64,000 nucleotides of DNA, from the NCBI RefSeq assembly GCF_009914755.1, contig NC_060937.1, one strand, 5' to 3'. Source of the DNA: the human T2T-CHM13v2.0 reference genome, Homo sapiens. This document shows positions 52,690 through 64,000 of this stretch, one piece after another (the first letter of the stretch is position 1; every line of letters starts with the position of its first letter). The notes below the pieces were generated by a model. The model did no database searches and was not told the origin of the DNA. It saw only the letters and a program-made list of their open reading frames with translations. The translations under genes and the position numbers were made by a program.

Positions 52690-54380
52690 TTTATATTTTG
52701 GAGGTATTTTTTTCAAAAGTAAACTAAATAGTTGTTGATTTTACTGGGGAGCCAAATTATTCCATTAGTGAATACACCCACAATTATTTAAGCAGCCTTC
52801 TATTTTGGATACTTATGTTATTTCTAATATTTTACTATTAAAAATAATGTTGCAAGACTGTAACAATCAATCTTGTACTCATTTCATATGTATTAGAATA
52901 GCTGAGTAGAAAAATATTTTAGAAGCAATGTTTGTAGAATGCACATTTTTATTGTGACAAATACTGCAAAATTGTCCTTTATAGATGTTACAGAAATTTA
53001 TATTCCAATTAGAAATGACTAAACTTCCTCTACAACCATACCACTCTGAACATGCCTGATCTTTTCTAATTTTGGAAGCTAAGCCCATTAGTTCTCAGGT
53101 GAGAGAGGTGAGTGAGCTTTGTAGTTTCTTTACACCCCTTTCATTCCACTATTTTATGCAACCTCTAGATCTTTGCCATTATAAGAAATATTTGTGACTA
53201 TATTTTTAAAATTTTATCTCTAATCAGAAATTATTATTTCCCATAATTAAGGATCATTAGCATTTTCTGAAATGGATTCTTTATATCTTCTGTCTTATTT
53301 TTCTATTTGGGATGGAGTTTTTTTTTTCTCAGTGGCCTGTAGGAATTCTGTCAAGAATCAGCATTTTCTGCAGATATTAACTTCACATATTATTATTCTT
53401 TTGACTTTGCTTATGACCATTTTTTGCTATGTAGAAAATTTTTAATATACATTTATATTTATCAATAATTAATTTTATGCTTTTAGAAGTTTTATGTGAA
53501 AACTGGATGGAAAGATGTCTTCCATCCTAACTTGTAAAATAATTAGCCCACGGTTTGTTTTAGTAGAGTTATGATGTGCAATTCTTTAATTAAATATGTG
53601 GTTTATTTAAAATTTATATTTTTATGTGTTAAGAGGTTTTCTTTTTTTGATCTTCTAGATGTCAGTCTCTTTAAAAATTTAAAATTTCCCCAAATATTTG
53701 AAATAGTAAGATTTTCATACAATAGTATGTTTATTTACTTTTAGACTTTGAACCATTGTACATTATATTTACCTCTATTCATGTGCCAGTATATACTGTT
53801 TATATAATGATGCTTTGCAGTCTATTTTAATATATTTTACTGTAAATTAGGATTCCTATTACACTTTTAAAAAATATTTTTTTCTTTGAACTTTTTTATA
53901 TTTCTATGTGAGCTAGACAGTGTTTTTGTTTCAAAATATTATACTTTATATTTATTTAGACACCATAAAAATTGTAGTTTACCTTAGGGGAACTGACATA
54001 TATGTAAAGTAGTATCAAGGCACATATTATGCTTTCCCATTTGTGCAGGTTTACCTTGAAACTCTTTAAGACTATTTCATGATTTTCTTAATATAGATTA
54101 ATTTATATCCTACAACTACTTTCCCCAAGAAATATTTTTATTCACATTGTAAAATACTTTAGCATCTCCTAACAGTTATTTAAATATATGAATTAAATTT
54201 CTACATGTTAATTGAATATCCTGCCATCTTATTGAAGTTCTTGGTATTTTGATGTTTTCCAGGAATAAAATTATATCATACATAATCTGTACGTTCTCTT
54301 TTTAAAATTTGTAGTTACATATATATTTTCCAATATTTCCCATGTTTATCCTTTAGTATCTCACGCTTCTTAATATGTTT
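52690..54380 (-). mobile_element. Old L1ME 3'UTR/ORF2 remnant
   Basis: 'tttctaatatttttactattaaaaataatgttgcaa' and 'ctattcatgtgccagtatatactg'. Confidence 0.65.
53028..53128 (+). pseudogene. 5S rRNA pseudogene (RNA5SP-type), decayed
   Basis: 'tctacaaccataccactctgaacatgcctgatcttttctaattttggaagctaagc' aligns to 5S 'GTCTACGGCCATACCACCCTGAACGCGCCCGATCTCGTCTGATCTCGGAAGCTAAGC', mostly by CpG transitions. The 3' half is partly deleted ('ttagttctcaggtgagaga'). Confidence 0.88.
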
Positions 54381-54435
54381 GTTACTTTATTTATTTATTT
54401 AGAAACAAAGTCTCACTCTGTCACCCAGTTTAGTC

Positions 54436-54876
54436 TATGACTTAGTTTTGTATCAATGAAGTAACAAGTTAAAACAAACATAACTACTCTTAATTACACA
54501 AATTTATTATCCTTCATTGCTGTATGTAGAAGTTCAACATAAGTCTCACTGGACTAAAAATAATGAGCTACAAGGCTGCATTCCTTTCTCAGTATTCAAG
54601 GGGAAAATCCATTTTCTTGCCTTTTCCAACTCCTTAGAAAAGTCTCTCTCTCTCTCTGACTCAAGTAGACTAGGTTCTCCATTTTTAGAAATTCATATGA
54701 TTAAATTGAGCCCAAGTGAACAATTCCAGATAATATTTTGATCTCAAGGTCCTAAATGTTGATCACATCTGTGAAATGCCTTTTTCCACAGTAGGTGAAA
54801 TATTTATAGGTTTTAAGGATTAGGAGGTGGTGGTGGTGAGGAAAGTTGGGGAGGTTGTAGTCATTCTGCCTTTCCC
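54436..54876 (-). mobile_element. MLT1D/E MaLR LTR
   Basis: 'acacaaatttattatc', 'gtctcactggactaaaa', 'ggggaaaatccattttcttgccttttcca' and 'tcacatctg'. Confidence 0.75.
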
Positions 54877-56976
54877 CCTCTATTTTAAGTAATATATTCC
54901 AAAATATTTTATTTTTATGAAATTTTAGACATAAATGATTACATTTAAGTAAATGTACAGGCAGACATTATTATAAGGGAATAATAAGATTACAATTTGA
55001 TAAACTATCACAGAGTACAAACTACTGGATAATCTGACACATTGTCTACATTCTGTAAGAAATTTTTGGTGACTTTGATCATGATCAATTTTAATTTACT
55101 ATATTTGAATTTGATATAAATAACACAATGTAAGTTATCTCTGTGCTTGGCACCTATTGGTCAACATTATGTTTGGAAAATTTATTCATGCTGTTTATGT
55201 AGTAGTAATTTGTTTATGTTCATTGTTATGCATTATTCTATTACGTAATTTTATCACAAAGGATTGCTTCATTATACTTTTGATAGATATTTGGATTCTT
55301 TCCAGATTTGAGTTATTATGAACAATGCTCTTACAAACACTGGTAAAAGACTTTTTATGTGTATTATTTTGTGTTTAATTGAATGTATAGCTAGAAATAG
55401 AATTTCTGGAAATAAGGTAAATAGTATTTTTAGTTAGTACAGTCATTTTATTTTTTAATCTATGGGAATATGAATAATAACATAATAGATAAGGATAAAT
55501 ATAAAATAAATGTGATATTAAAAATGGCTGAATACAAATCGGAACAATCCTTAAAATAGTATTTTTTTCTATTTTTTAAGAATTGGAAATAGAGAGAGTG
55601 GTAGGATTTTGCATAGTATTACCTAGGCAATATATTCACAAAGGACAGTATGCATTATTTAATTAATGACTTCTTATTTACCAATTATAATAATGCATAT
55701 TTTGCAACAAACTTCTCATCAAATATACAACTTGACAAGTTAGATCAAAGCTTTGCAACTTCAAATTTCTTGCTTAAAAAAGATCTAGTTACTGATCAGA
55801 ATGATGAGAATGCACATGAGTATTATTCTCATTATATTCAGAACTCATATACAATGTATGCAACTTTGGATTGCCCTTTAGAACCTGAACACCTTTATAT
55901 TCATGAATTTGGTAATTTAGACCAGAAAAATCAAACCCCTGGTGCTTTAGTGCTTTATTATATTTATTAGAGAATGTTTTTGGAAAATTACCAAGTCATC
56001 TTTGTGACAGCATGGGGATATTTCCAACAAGACATTATCCAATTCAAAGTAATGATCATGATTTGTCCACTGGGGGGATCATGACAGAACATTTGTAATT
56101 GTATTTTGTACCAATATATTGAGAAGTAGAGAAAAATCATAAAAACCAAATTTATATTTTAAATTCAAATGCAGATATATTTTTGTCATAGGAAAAAGAA
56201 AACAGAGATAGATTTTGTTGTTACAAGATAAGCAGTACCAATGAAGGATTTTTTTGCCTGGAAATACTTACATTCTCTAATACAAACAAAAATAAAAAGT
56301 AAATTACACTTGCATACTAACACTAGAATTGAAAAAAAAGAGAGAGATTTAATAAATAACATAGAATCAACAATATGTAACGCAGATGTGTAAATAAGAA
56401 AAACTTACATACTATTTTTAAGTAAACGAAAATTTATAAGCCAGTATCCAATATATGCTAAATATAGAGATAAATATTTTGGCACTAACAGGAAAGTGTT
56501 TATAGAAATCATAGAATATGACATTAAAATTTGCTACAAGGATGACTGAGCATATAAAACAACGATAAAAATAAACACAATTTTGAGAATGACAGTATCA
56601 AAATGAAATTATTAATGGGAAAATTAATAGGATGATATAATAAGTCAGGCAAAATAAGAGAATAAATACTACTCTATGAGGTTGGAAAAATAATGCTAAA
56701 GACTTCCTATTTATTATATATTGTTGAACTAAAAGGAAAACAAGTGAATAAAATGTAACATATATGTCATTGTTTTATATCTGTTTAGAGAATTGATATT
56801 AACACTTAAGTGAATCATAAAGGAGAAAAGTAATTTAGTGCATTAATTTAAAATATTGTGGAAGTTAAGCCTGTGTTGTTAATGGTGTTAGTGTTGTAAA
56901 GCAATAGGTATATAATCCAGAAAATTCAGAAGCATTTTTATTGTGATTTTTATTTTAATTTGGTCTCTAGGTCTTT

Positions 56977-57520
56977 GTGTAGAGTGTCGATAAGCCTAGA
57001 TAGCCACTTTCTAGGAGAGACCTGCTCGAGGGAAAGTTAAGTTCAGGTGTATGTGTCAGATGAGACAAAATGAGGAGGTAAAAGAAAAATGAATGAAACA
57101 GAAGTATATTACTTGCAGATTCCAGAGAGGTTAGAGGCCCTGATGGGAGGCCAGTGGGAGAGGAGCAAGAGAGAGAAGACCTGTGGGACTATACTTTATT
57201 ATGACCCATAGATTTTATCTTTTAGGCTTTCCTGTGGAATTGGCTAGTTTAAAGAAAACAAGTACAAAGGGGAGCCTTATTTACGTGATTTTGCTATTTA
57301 CTACCAAAATTCATTTTGGTTTTATCATGGCCAGTAGCTATGGGTGTTTTGGGTTTTGGGTCAATGGGATGAGGAACAAGCAGGCTATACTGCAAACAAC
57401 CACAGGGAAAGGAAGAGTTTTAACTAGGCCAAAAATAATGGGGTAAGACTAGGTTTTAAATAACTTGTGTCAGGCCTAAAAATGGATGCCAAAACAGAAA
57501 ATTTATTAAAAGAATTTACA
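56977..57520 (-). mobile_element. MER73-like ERVL solo LTR
   Basis: 'ttggctagtttaaagaaaaca', 'gggttttgggtcaatgggatgaggaacaagc' and 'tgtcaggcctaaaaatggatgcc...aatttaca'. Confidence 0.7.
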
Positions 57521-57985
57521 TTTTTCTGTTTAATATGTACGTTTGCTACTATAAGACATGGTCTCAGTTATACGTCAATCATATATTCAGAGCAACTCAA
57601 ATTGAATATACAAAATTTTGATATCAACACAACAAACATCTTGATTAACATTACATTCAACTGTGCAATCACTCAGATATACGATTAAAATAACCAGTAA
57701 GTTTTGTTAAACCAATTAGGTAATTTAATTAAAATATAGTATGCACTTAAGCAACATCTTTATATAATAAAAACTTATACTCATAATATTTGAAGAAATG
57801 CAAAATTATTTTTGAATTTTTACTTTTTACTATTCACATTTATTTGTATCTGTTACTTGCTACTAACAATGTTAACAAAAGCTGACAATAAAACCAATCA
57901 AATCTGGTTGTTGCTATTTTACTTTTTAACAAATTAAAAATAATTTAAAGGATATTGATTATATGTTATTTATTTTTGATATTAA

Positions 57986-58261
<276 letters not shown>

Positions 58262-58984
58262 TAGTATATAATTTTTAATATTAAAATAAAATCCTCTAAT
58301 ATTATGCAGATTTGTTTCTCTAAATGGAAATAAATCACATGTGAAATATCAGCAAATGTGACATTAGAGTTAAATAAAGGTAATCATAAAAAGGTAACAA
58401 AATTTCTTTGGGAGTATGATGGAGAAAATACTTATGAAAAATTCCAAATGTAATACCTATAAGATATTATTTTCTAGCCATTATAGATAAAAGCATTTTT
58501 CTCAATTGATGTGATATTTGAACAAATTGAACAATATTATGATCATTTGGCTTTATTTTTAATGTAGCAACCAAAGAAATATTGAATAATTTTAAAATAT
58601 CTGTTAATTTATATATTTCATTGAGACAATGACAAATTATAAGAATGAGTTATGTTATGAAATTATAATATTCTAATATATATAAAAATCTTTATATGTG
58701 ATTTCTTTATATTTAATAATTGCATGCCAATTTAAGTACACTTCTTAGAACTCTGTTTTCATTTGTCTCACCAGTTTTGTATTTTTTACCCTTTCTATTT
58801 TTTTTTGGATTGAATCAGATTTATTGACATATATGTTTTCCACTTATTACTTATGCACATTTACATACACACAATATTTACTAATTCTTTCATATTAGTC
58901 TACAGCATACAATCTTGACTTTTACCATGACTGAATAATGCTATTAGAAACTTTTCATCTATGGCAGTCTAACTTTAAAAAAAA

Positions 58985-59152
58985 TTGTTTTTTTAATTTT
59001 TGTGGGAACATTGTTGGCGTTTATATTTATGGGGTACATGAGATGCTTTGATACAGGCATTAATTGTGAAATAGGTACATCATGGAGAATGGGGTATCTA
59101 TCCCTTCATGTATTTATCATTTGAGTTACAAACGACCCACATACATTCTTTA
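58985..59152 (-). mobile_element. L1MA2/3 3' end fragment
   Basis: 'tatatttatggggtacatgagatg.tttgatacaggcat...catcatggagaatggggtatc'. Confidence 0.85.
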
Positions 59153-60479
59153 TTGTAGTAACCTAACTTTCTTGATGGATTTTCAATGTACTTAAAATTT
59201 TTTGGTACTTTAAACCTCATAGACATCATCATTCTTAATTTTGTTTAATATAGGCAGTGTTCATGTATAATCAATTATATATTCACCTTTTTTATTGAGC
59301 ATTTCTGAGTTTTCATTAGATTATTTTTCTTCTCTATAAAACGTCTATACTACATTTTTCTCAGTTTTTGTATGCTTGAACATATTTTTATTTTTATGTA
59401 ATTTTGAGAAATATTTTTACTGTATGTGAAATCTTAGATTTGCCTCTATATTGTTTTACCTTTTGGAAATGTAATTTCCTTGTTTTTATTAGCTCCCGGT
59501 GTTTTAGTTTTATTTTTTACCTTTTCTTCAGAGACCACCCCCTGCAGTGTACGTGTGTATGTGTGTGTATTTCAGAATGTTACCTATGTCTCTTATAACC
59601 TTTATTTCTCTTTTCTTCATGTCCTGTGTTTTAACTTTATTATATTTTTGTGAAGTGTTTCCCAATTCGCTTAATCTCTTTTAGTCCATCTAATCTTCTG
59701 TCAGTTAAGCCACCAATTGGATTATTCATTTCGTTCCAGTGTTTGTACTTTATATCTTCTATACAGTTTTTTTATTCTCTCAAGTCATATATCTTAATTT
59801 TCAAATTCTAGAGTAAATTAATTATAACTAATTCAGACTGTCTTATAACATCATTATCTATATTTCTGTGAATATGCATCTTCTTTTTTCCTGGTTTACT
59901 GGGTAAATTTAAACTACATGTAAGACTTTTTGTAGGGAGAATTATAGAAAAGTAATATGTGATATTGAATGTGTTAAATTTTTTTGAGTAAGAGATTTAC
60001 TTATGCTTCAGCAGGCAACGAGCATGGGTGAAGGATTGCCTTAATTGTACCATGAATTTGGCTATTTGAGTATTGGTATCAATTTTTTAAGGGTTGGTCT
60101 CATTATGCTTTGCTCTTACTCTAGGTTGTGGATTTCTGCGTTTCCCAAATGAAAAAGTGTGAAGTTGGCAATACCTCTCCTTACATGTGCACACTTCACT
60201 CTGGCATTTTCCCTCTCTCCCTGTAGCATGGCTGCTTAAACTCTTAAACCACAGCCACACATAAGGTTCCACTTTTTTCATGGGTGACTTGTTTGGTAAC
60301 AAACTATTCAACCAATACCAGCAGCACAGATTCTTAGTGGACATGGAACAAACGTCCAGTTCTTCTTCACTCAGATTTTGCTACATTGTTTAATCAGTGT
60401 GGGGCAGATGGTTGACTCTATTTTGAACTACTTCCTTGTCACATTTCATTTTTGTTGATTGGCATTGCTAAAAGAAATA

Positions 60480-60680
60480 TAGTATTCTGATTAGCACAGC
60501 AGGTCTCTGAACAAGACCACCGTGGTTTATATCTTGGCTTCTCCATTTACTTACACGTGACTATGACAGGTTGCTTCATTTCTGTCTTATTTTCCTGATA
60601 TGGTAAAGGAGATAATATTTATCTTAATATTAAAGATTATTTTCAGGGGGAAATAAGGTTACTTACATAAAGCATCTGGA
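60480..60680 (+). repeat. MIR SINE
   Basis: 'ggtctctgaacaagac...tcttggcttctccatttactta...tttcctgatatggtaaa...cataaagca'. Confidence 0.55.
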
Positions 60681-61739
60681 AGGTTTATATTCTTCATGTT
60701 CTGAGTATTTCAAATTATTTCTTACCATATAAAAATATTTCAATGTTTACATCAGCAAATGCTTCAATTTCTCTAGTGATAGATAGAGTTCTTAGCGATT
60801 TACTGCTTAGGAAGATTGTCTCATTCAATATGTGCTTCAAAATGTACATCTCATGGATCACTAATCTGAAATGATCATTTACTGTTGTATTTCATGGACT
60901 CCCTGCAGCTCACATGAAAGAGTATTTAAAATTTTGTGTGTATGCACAAATGTACATTACAGTTTTGTAGGAAGGTATTACAGCATTCATCAAATGTCTG
61001 GTTGTAAAATAAACTGAAAGTGTTCCAGGACCAATTTATTGTGTATTCTGTGTACTGAAATAAAGGGAGAATTGTGTTGTATGTGGTGGTAGTTCGCGTC
61101 ATTGTTGTTGAGAGTGAAAACATTACTCTAGAAGAGGCTCTAAGCATAAAGTATTTTCCCTCCATGGCGTGATGTTAAGGCACATTTTGTACTATACAAA
61201 AAAACACTCTTCCAGCTGCAGAAGATGAAGGAATAATTCTATCTTATTGCTTTATATCCACATATGTGTACTATATTTGTAAATTATATTCTTTATTTCT
61301 GATGATGATCTTCCTTTCCATCTAACAAAATCATATGTAACTGTAAAAGCCTTCCTGTAATATGGCCCTATCTCTGAGATTCATCCTACTTAAGGCAGAA
61401 TTAATTTTTATGACTGTTTAAATTGTGTAAACAAGTACTATGTCTTCATCATTATTTTGCTTCTATGTGGTACAGAATGAACATGAAGAAAATATTACTG
61501 GACTTGGTTGAATTTGTTCGGCGTATGAGAGACAATATATAACCATTAAATTTCACAGCCATTTTCTAGTGACAAGATGCCCCTGTATATGACAGATATT
61601 GCTAGAAGAATTAAGGTTTTCTTCCAAAACACACTGTGATTGTTTTGGTTATCCTGCTTCATAATTCAATACTCTTTCATTGACAAACAAAAACTAGCAC
61701 TCTTCTTCTTTTTTTTTTTTTACATTAAGCAGCAATCCC

Positions 61740-63266
61740 ATAATTCATGCATATACTCAATAAACATTTATGAAATACATTTCAGGCACTAGGCACTTTG
61801 TAGGCCTTTTGTATATGGAATTGAACAAAAGAGACAAGGTGCCTGTCTCTACAGTATTCATTCAACTGTGGAAGAGAACAATAAATAGACAAATGTTACC
61901 TTAATCTCAAATTATATCCAATCTCAGACCACTTCCTATCATCACACAAACATGCTGTTATTTTTTCAATTTAGATTTTCCCTTTTCCATCTAGACTGCA
62001 CTTTCTGTCTTCAGGTACCACACCATTTTTGTTCACCAATTTGAAGAAAAAATTCTTAAAGGAGTTGAGAGTTGCCTTTACTTCTTTTCCTCCTGTTCTC
62101 TCAAATCTTAGCACTGGTTTAAACCATCATTATATCTTGTATGGAGTATTGTAGTAGCCTTCAAATTATTTATCCAATTTGTATCAAAATAGTCTATGTA
62201 GTATTTCAGCATAGTAGCCTGAAAGTTACTATTAAAATGTCCGTGACTTTATGTCACCCCTCTGCTTAAAATCCTCCAATATCTTCCAATTTCTCTCAGA
62301 GCAAATGTTGCATCTTCCCAGTGTCCTGTAAGGTTCTAAGTAACCGTGCCTCAAATACCAATGACTTCATCTCCTAACACGTTCACTTTTCTTTTATTTT
62401 AGCTTTATGCTTCCACTTCAAGCATGCCAGGCATACACCCATCTCAGAGACTTTGCATTTTCTCTCTTTTTATTCTGAAATGCTATTTCCTGTATATAAT
62501 TCCTTTCTTATTTCAGGGATCCTCTTAAATGTATCTTTGTAGGAAGACCTGCCGTAGCAAACCTACTTAATATTGCATAGTAACTTCAATTCTTCCTCAT
62601 TCTCATTCTAATCTAGTCGTACCAGCATTCGAACTGTTTCCAAATACACCAATTACAATTCTACTTCAGCAGCTATTTACTTAATATTCCTTATGCATAG
62701 AATGTTTTTCTCCTAGACATACAGTTGGCCTTCTTATTCTGTTTGAGTCTTTCTTCAAATGCCATTTCTTAGTAAATTATTTCCTGATGTTCCTATATGA
62801 AGTTCCTCTCTCCTTTTTACACTTGGTATCCTCTTTCTTATTTTATTATAATTAATTGAATGTTTCAAATATAAAACTTATTATTTTTACTGGCTTCCTA
62901 CCTATGCCCTCCTAATGAAACAAGACTTTTATGATAGCTTGAATGTTTACTTTGTTTAATACATGAGCATGTAGTAGACAGTAGGTTAATATCCACATGT
63001 AGTATGAAAGTTAGTGTTTAATATCGGATAGTTTTAAGTACTATGGAGAAATAAAGATGGCTAAGTGGGAAAGCTGTTATGGCGGCGTGTGCCTACTTTT
63101 CATAATATTGTCAGGGAAAAGATCAATGATGGGATGACACATAAATGAAGAAGCAGGGTGACAGAGCAAGCTGGGGGGGAAGGGTTTCAGACATAAGAAA
63201 AATAGCCCATGCAGATCCCCATGAAAGGAGAATTTTTGGCATAATATAGGAACTCAGGTAGACTAG
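61740..63266. mobile_element. Nested L2 fragments: minus-strand L2 (~61740-61895, ~63010 onward) interrupted by plus-strand L2 (~61900-63005)
   Basis: 'tcaataaacatttatgaaatac...caggcact' on the minus element and 'atgtcacccctctgcttaaaatcctccaat' on the plus element. Confidence 0.6.
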
Positions 63267-63893
63267 TGATTCAGGAGATAGAATGAAATTATTTAGGCCG
63301 ATAGTGAGGGCAAAAGAGTCCTCAGCAAAACTTCCATCCCAGTATAACGCAGCCCAAGAAATCATTTCTTTGCTAACAAAGAGCAGCCTGAGAGATGGAG
63401 CTGCAAACATACATAAGGAAGCTGGAAGCTTGCACAGGGGAATGCCGGCAGCTGCACCAATAGAAAAGGGCTCCCCCGGGGTCAGGAATGTCCAACATGG
63501 AAGCTCTATCTTTTCTTTTTTGTTAGCACGTGTGCAGTAAGAAGGAAATGGGCAACATGGAGAAGCTCAGGCCGAGAATCCATCTGCATAATAAAAGATT
63601 GGGGTGGGGAGATTTGCATCCTATGTAGATGGCACACCTGGTCATAACTGGTATTTCACACCCTATATAGATCAGACACCACTTCCCCACTAGCTCATCT
63701 ATAAAATCCACTTCATTTCACTGCGGATCGCCAATCCACTTTTCCAGGACCTCCTATATAGCAGAGAGCTATCCTTTCTTTCGCCTATTAAATTGTGGCT
63801 CATAACCTCACTCTTTGTGTGTCCATGTACTTAATCTCCATGGCCGTGAGACAATGAACCTCGGGTGTCACCCCAGACAAGGAGGTCACTTTG
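63267..63893 (+). mobile_element. LTR9-family ERV1 solo LTR with 4-bp TSD ctag
   Basis: 'tgattcaggagatagaatgaaattatttagg..gatagtgagggcaaaagagtcctc' start. CCAAT ~63457, TATAAAA ~63700, ATTAAA ~63787. ctag at 63263-63266 and 63894-63897. Confidence 0.88.
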
Positions 63894-64000
63894 CTAGTGT
63901 ATCTGCATCAGAGTGAACCCTGAGAAAATAGGAAATAAGGAAATAAGGTCAGAGGGGAAATGGGGCCCGTTCATATACACAGTTAAGTTATTAAAAGAAC

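Noticed and set aside
55650-55970. 106-aa ATG ORF in apparently unique DNA
   Set aside because: No recognisable domain, promoter or splice context, and AT-biased composition. It would need Ribo-seq or conservation support.

Overview
This is AT-rich, CpG-poor simian primate genomic DNA, probably human or ape, judged from Alu S/J, L1PA, THE1 and LTR9 elements. It looks like a gene desert or a large intron. I find no intact protein-coding gene, CRISPR array or tRNA; nearly all supplied ORFs are LINE-1, Alu or LTR remnants or chance frames. Most of the window is nested fossil transposons: Tigger2, Charlie and other hAT elements, MER2, old and young L1, L2/MIR, MaLR/ERVL/ERV1 LTRs and an ERVL pro-pol remnant. 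There is also a 5S rRNA pseudogene. The most notable items are: (1) an unidentified decayed retrocopy-like coding remnant at 16.1-17.8 kb on the minus strand; (2) a TSD-bounded L1PA5/6-like element with an internal ORF2 deletion, a 46-nt homopolymer and an open ORF0-homologous frame; (3) two twin-primed L1s; (4) several small template-switch or fold-back scars, including a 46-bp patch copied from 2.7 kb away into an (AT)n tract; (5) a solo LTR9 with an OCT4 octamer. I see no evidence of a new multi-gene system. Subfamily names come from my recall of consensus sequences and need RepeatMasker/Dfam confirmation; boundaries of old elements are approximate.
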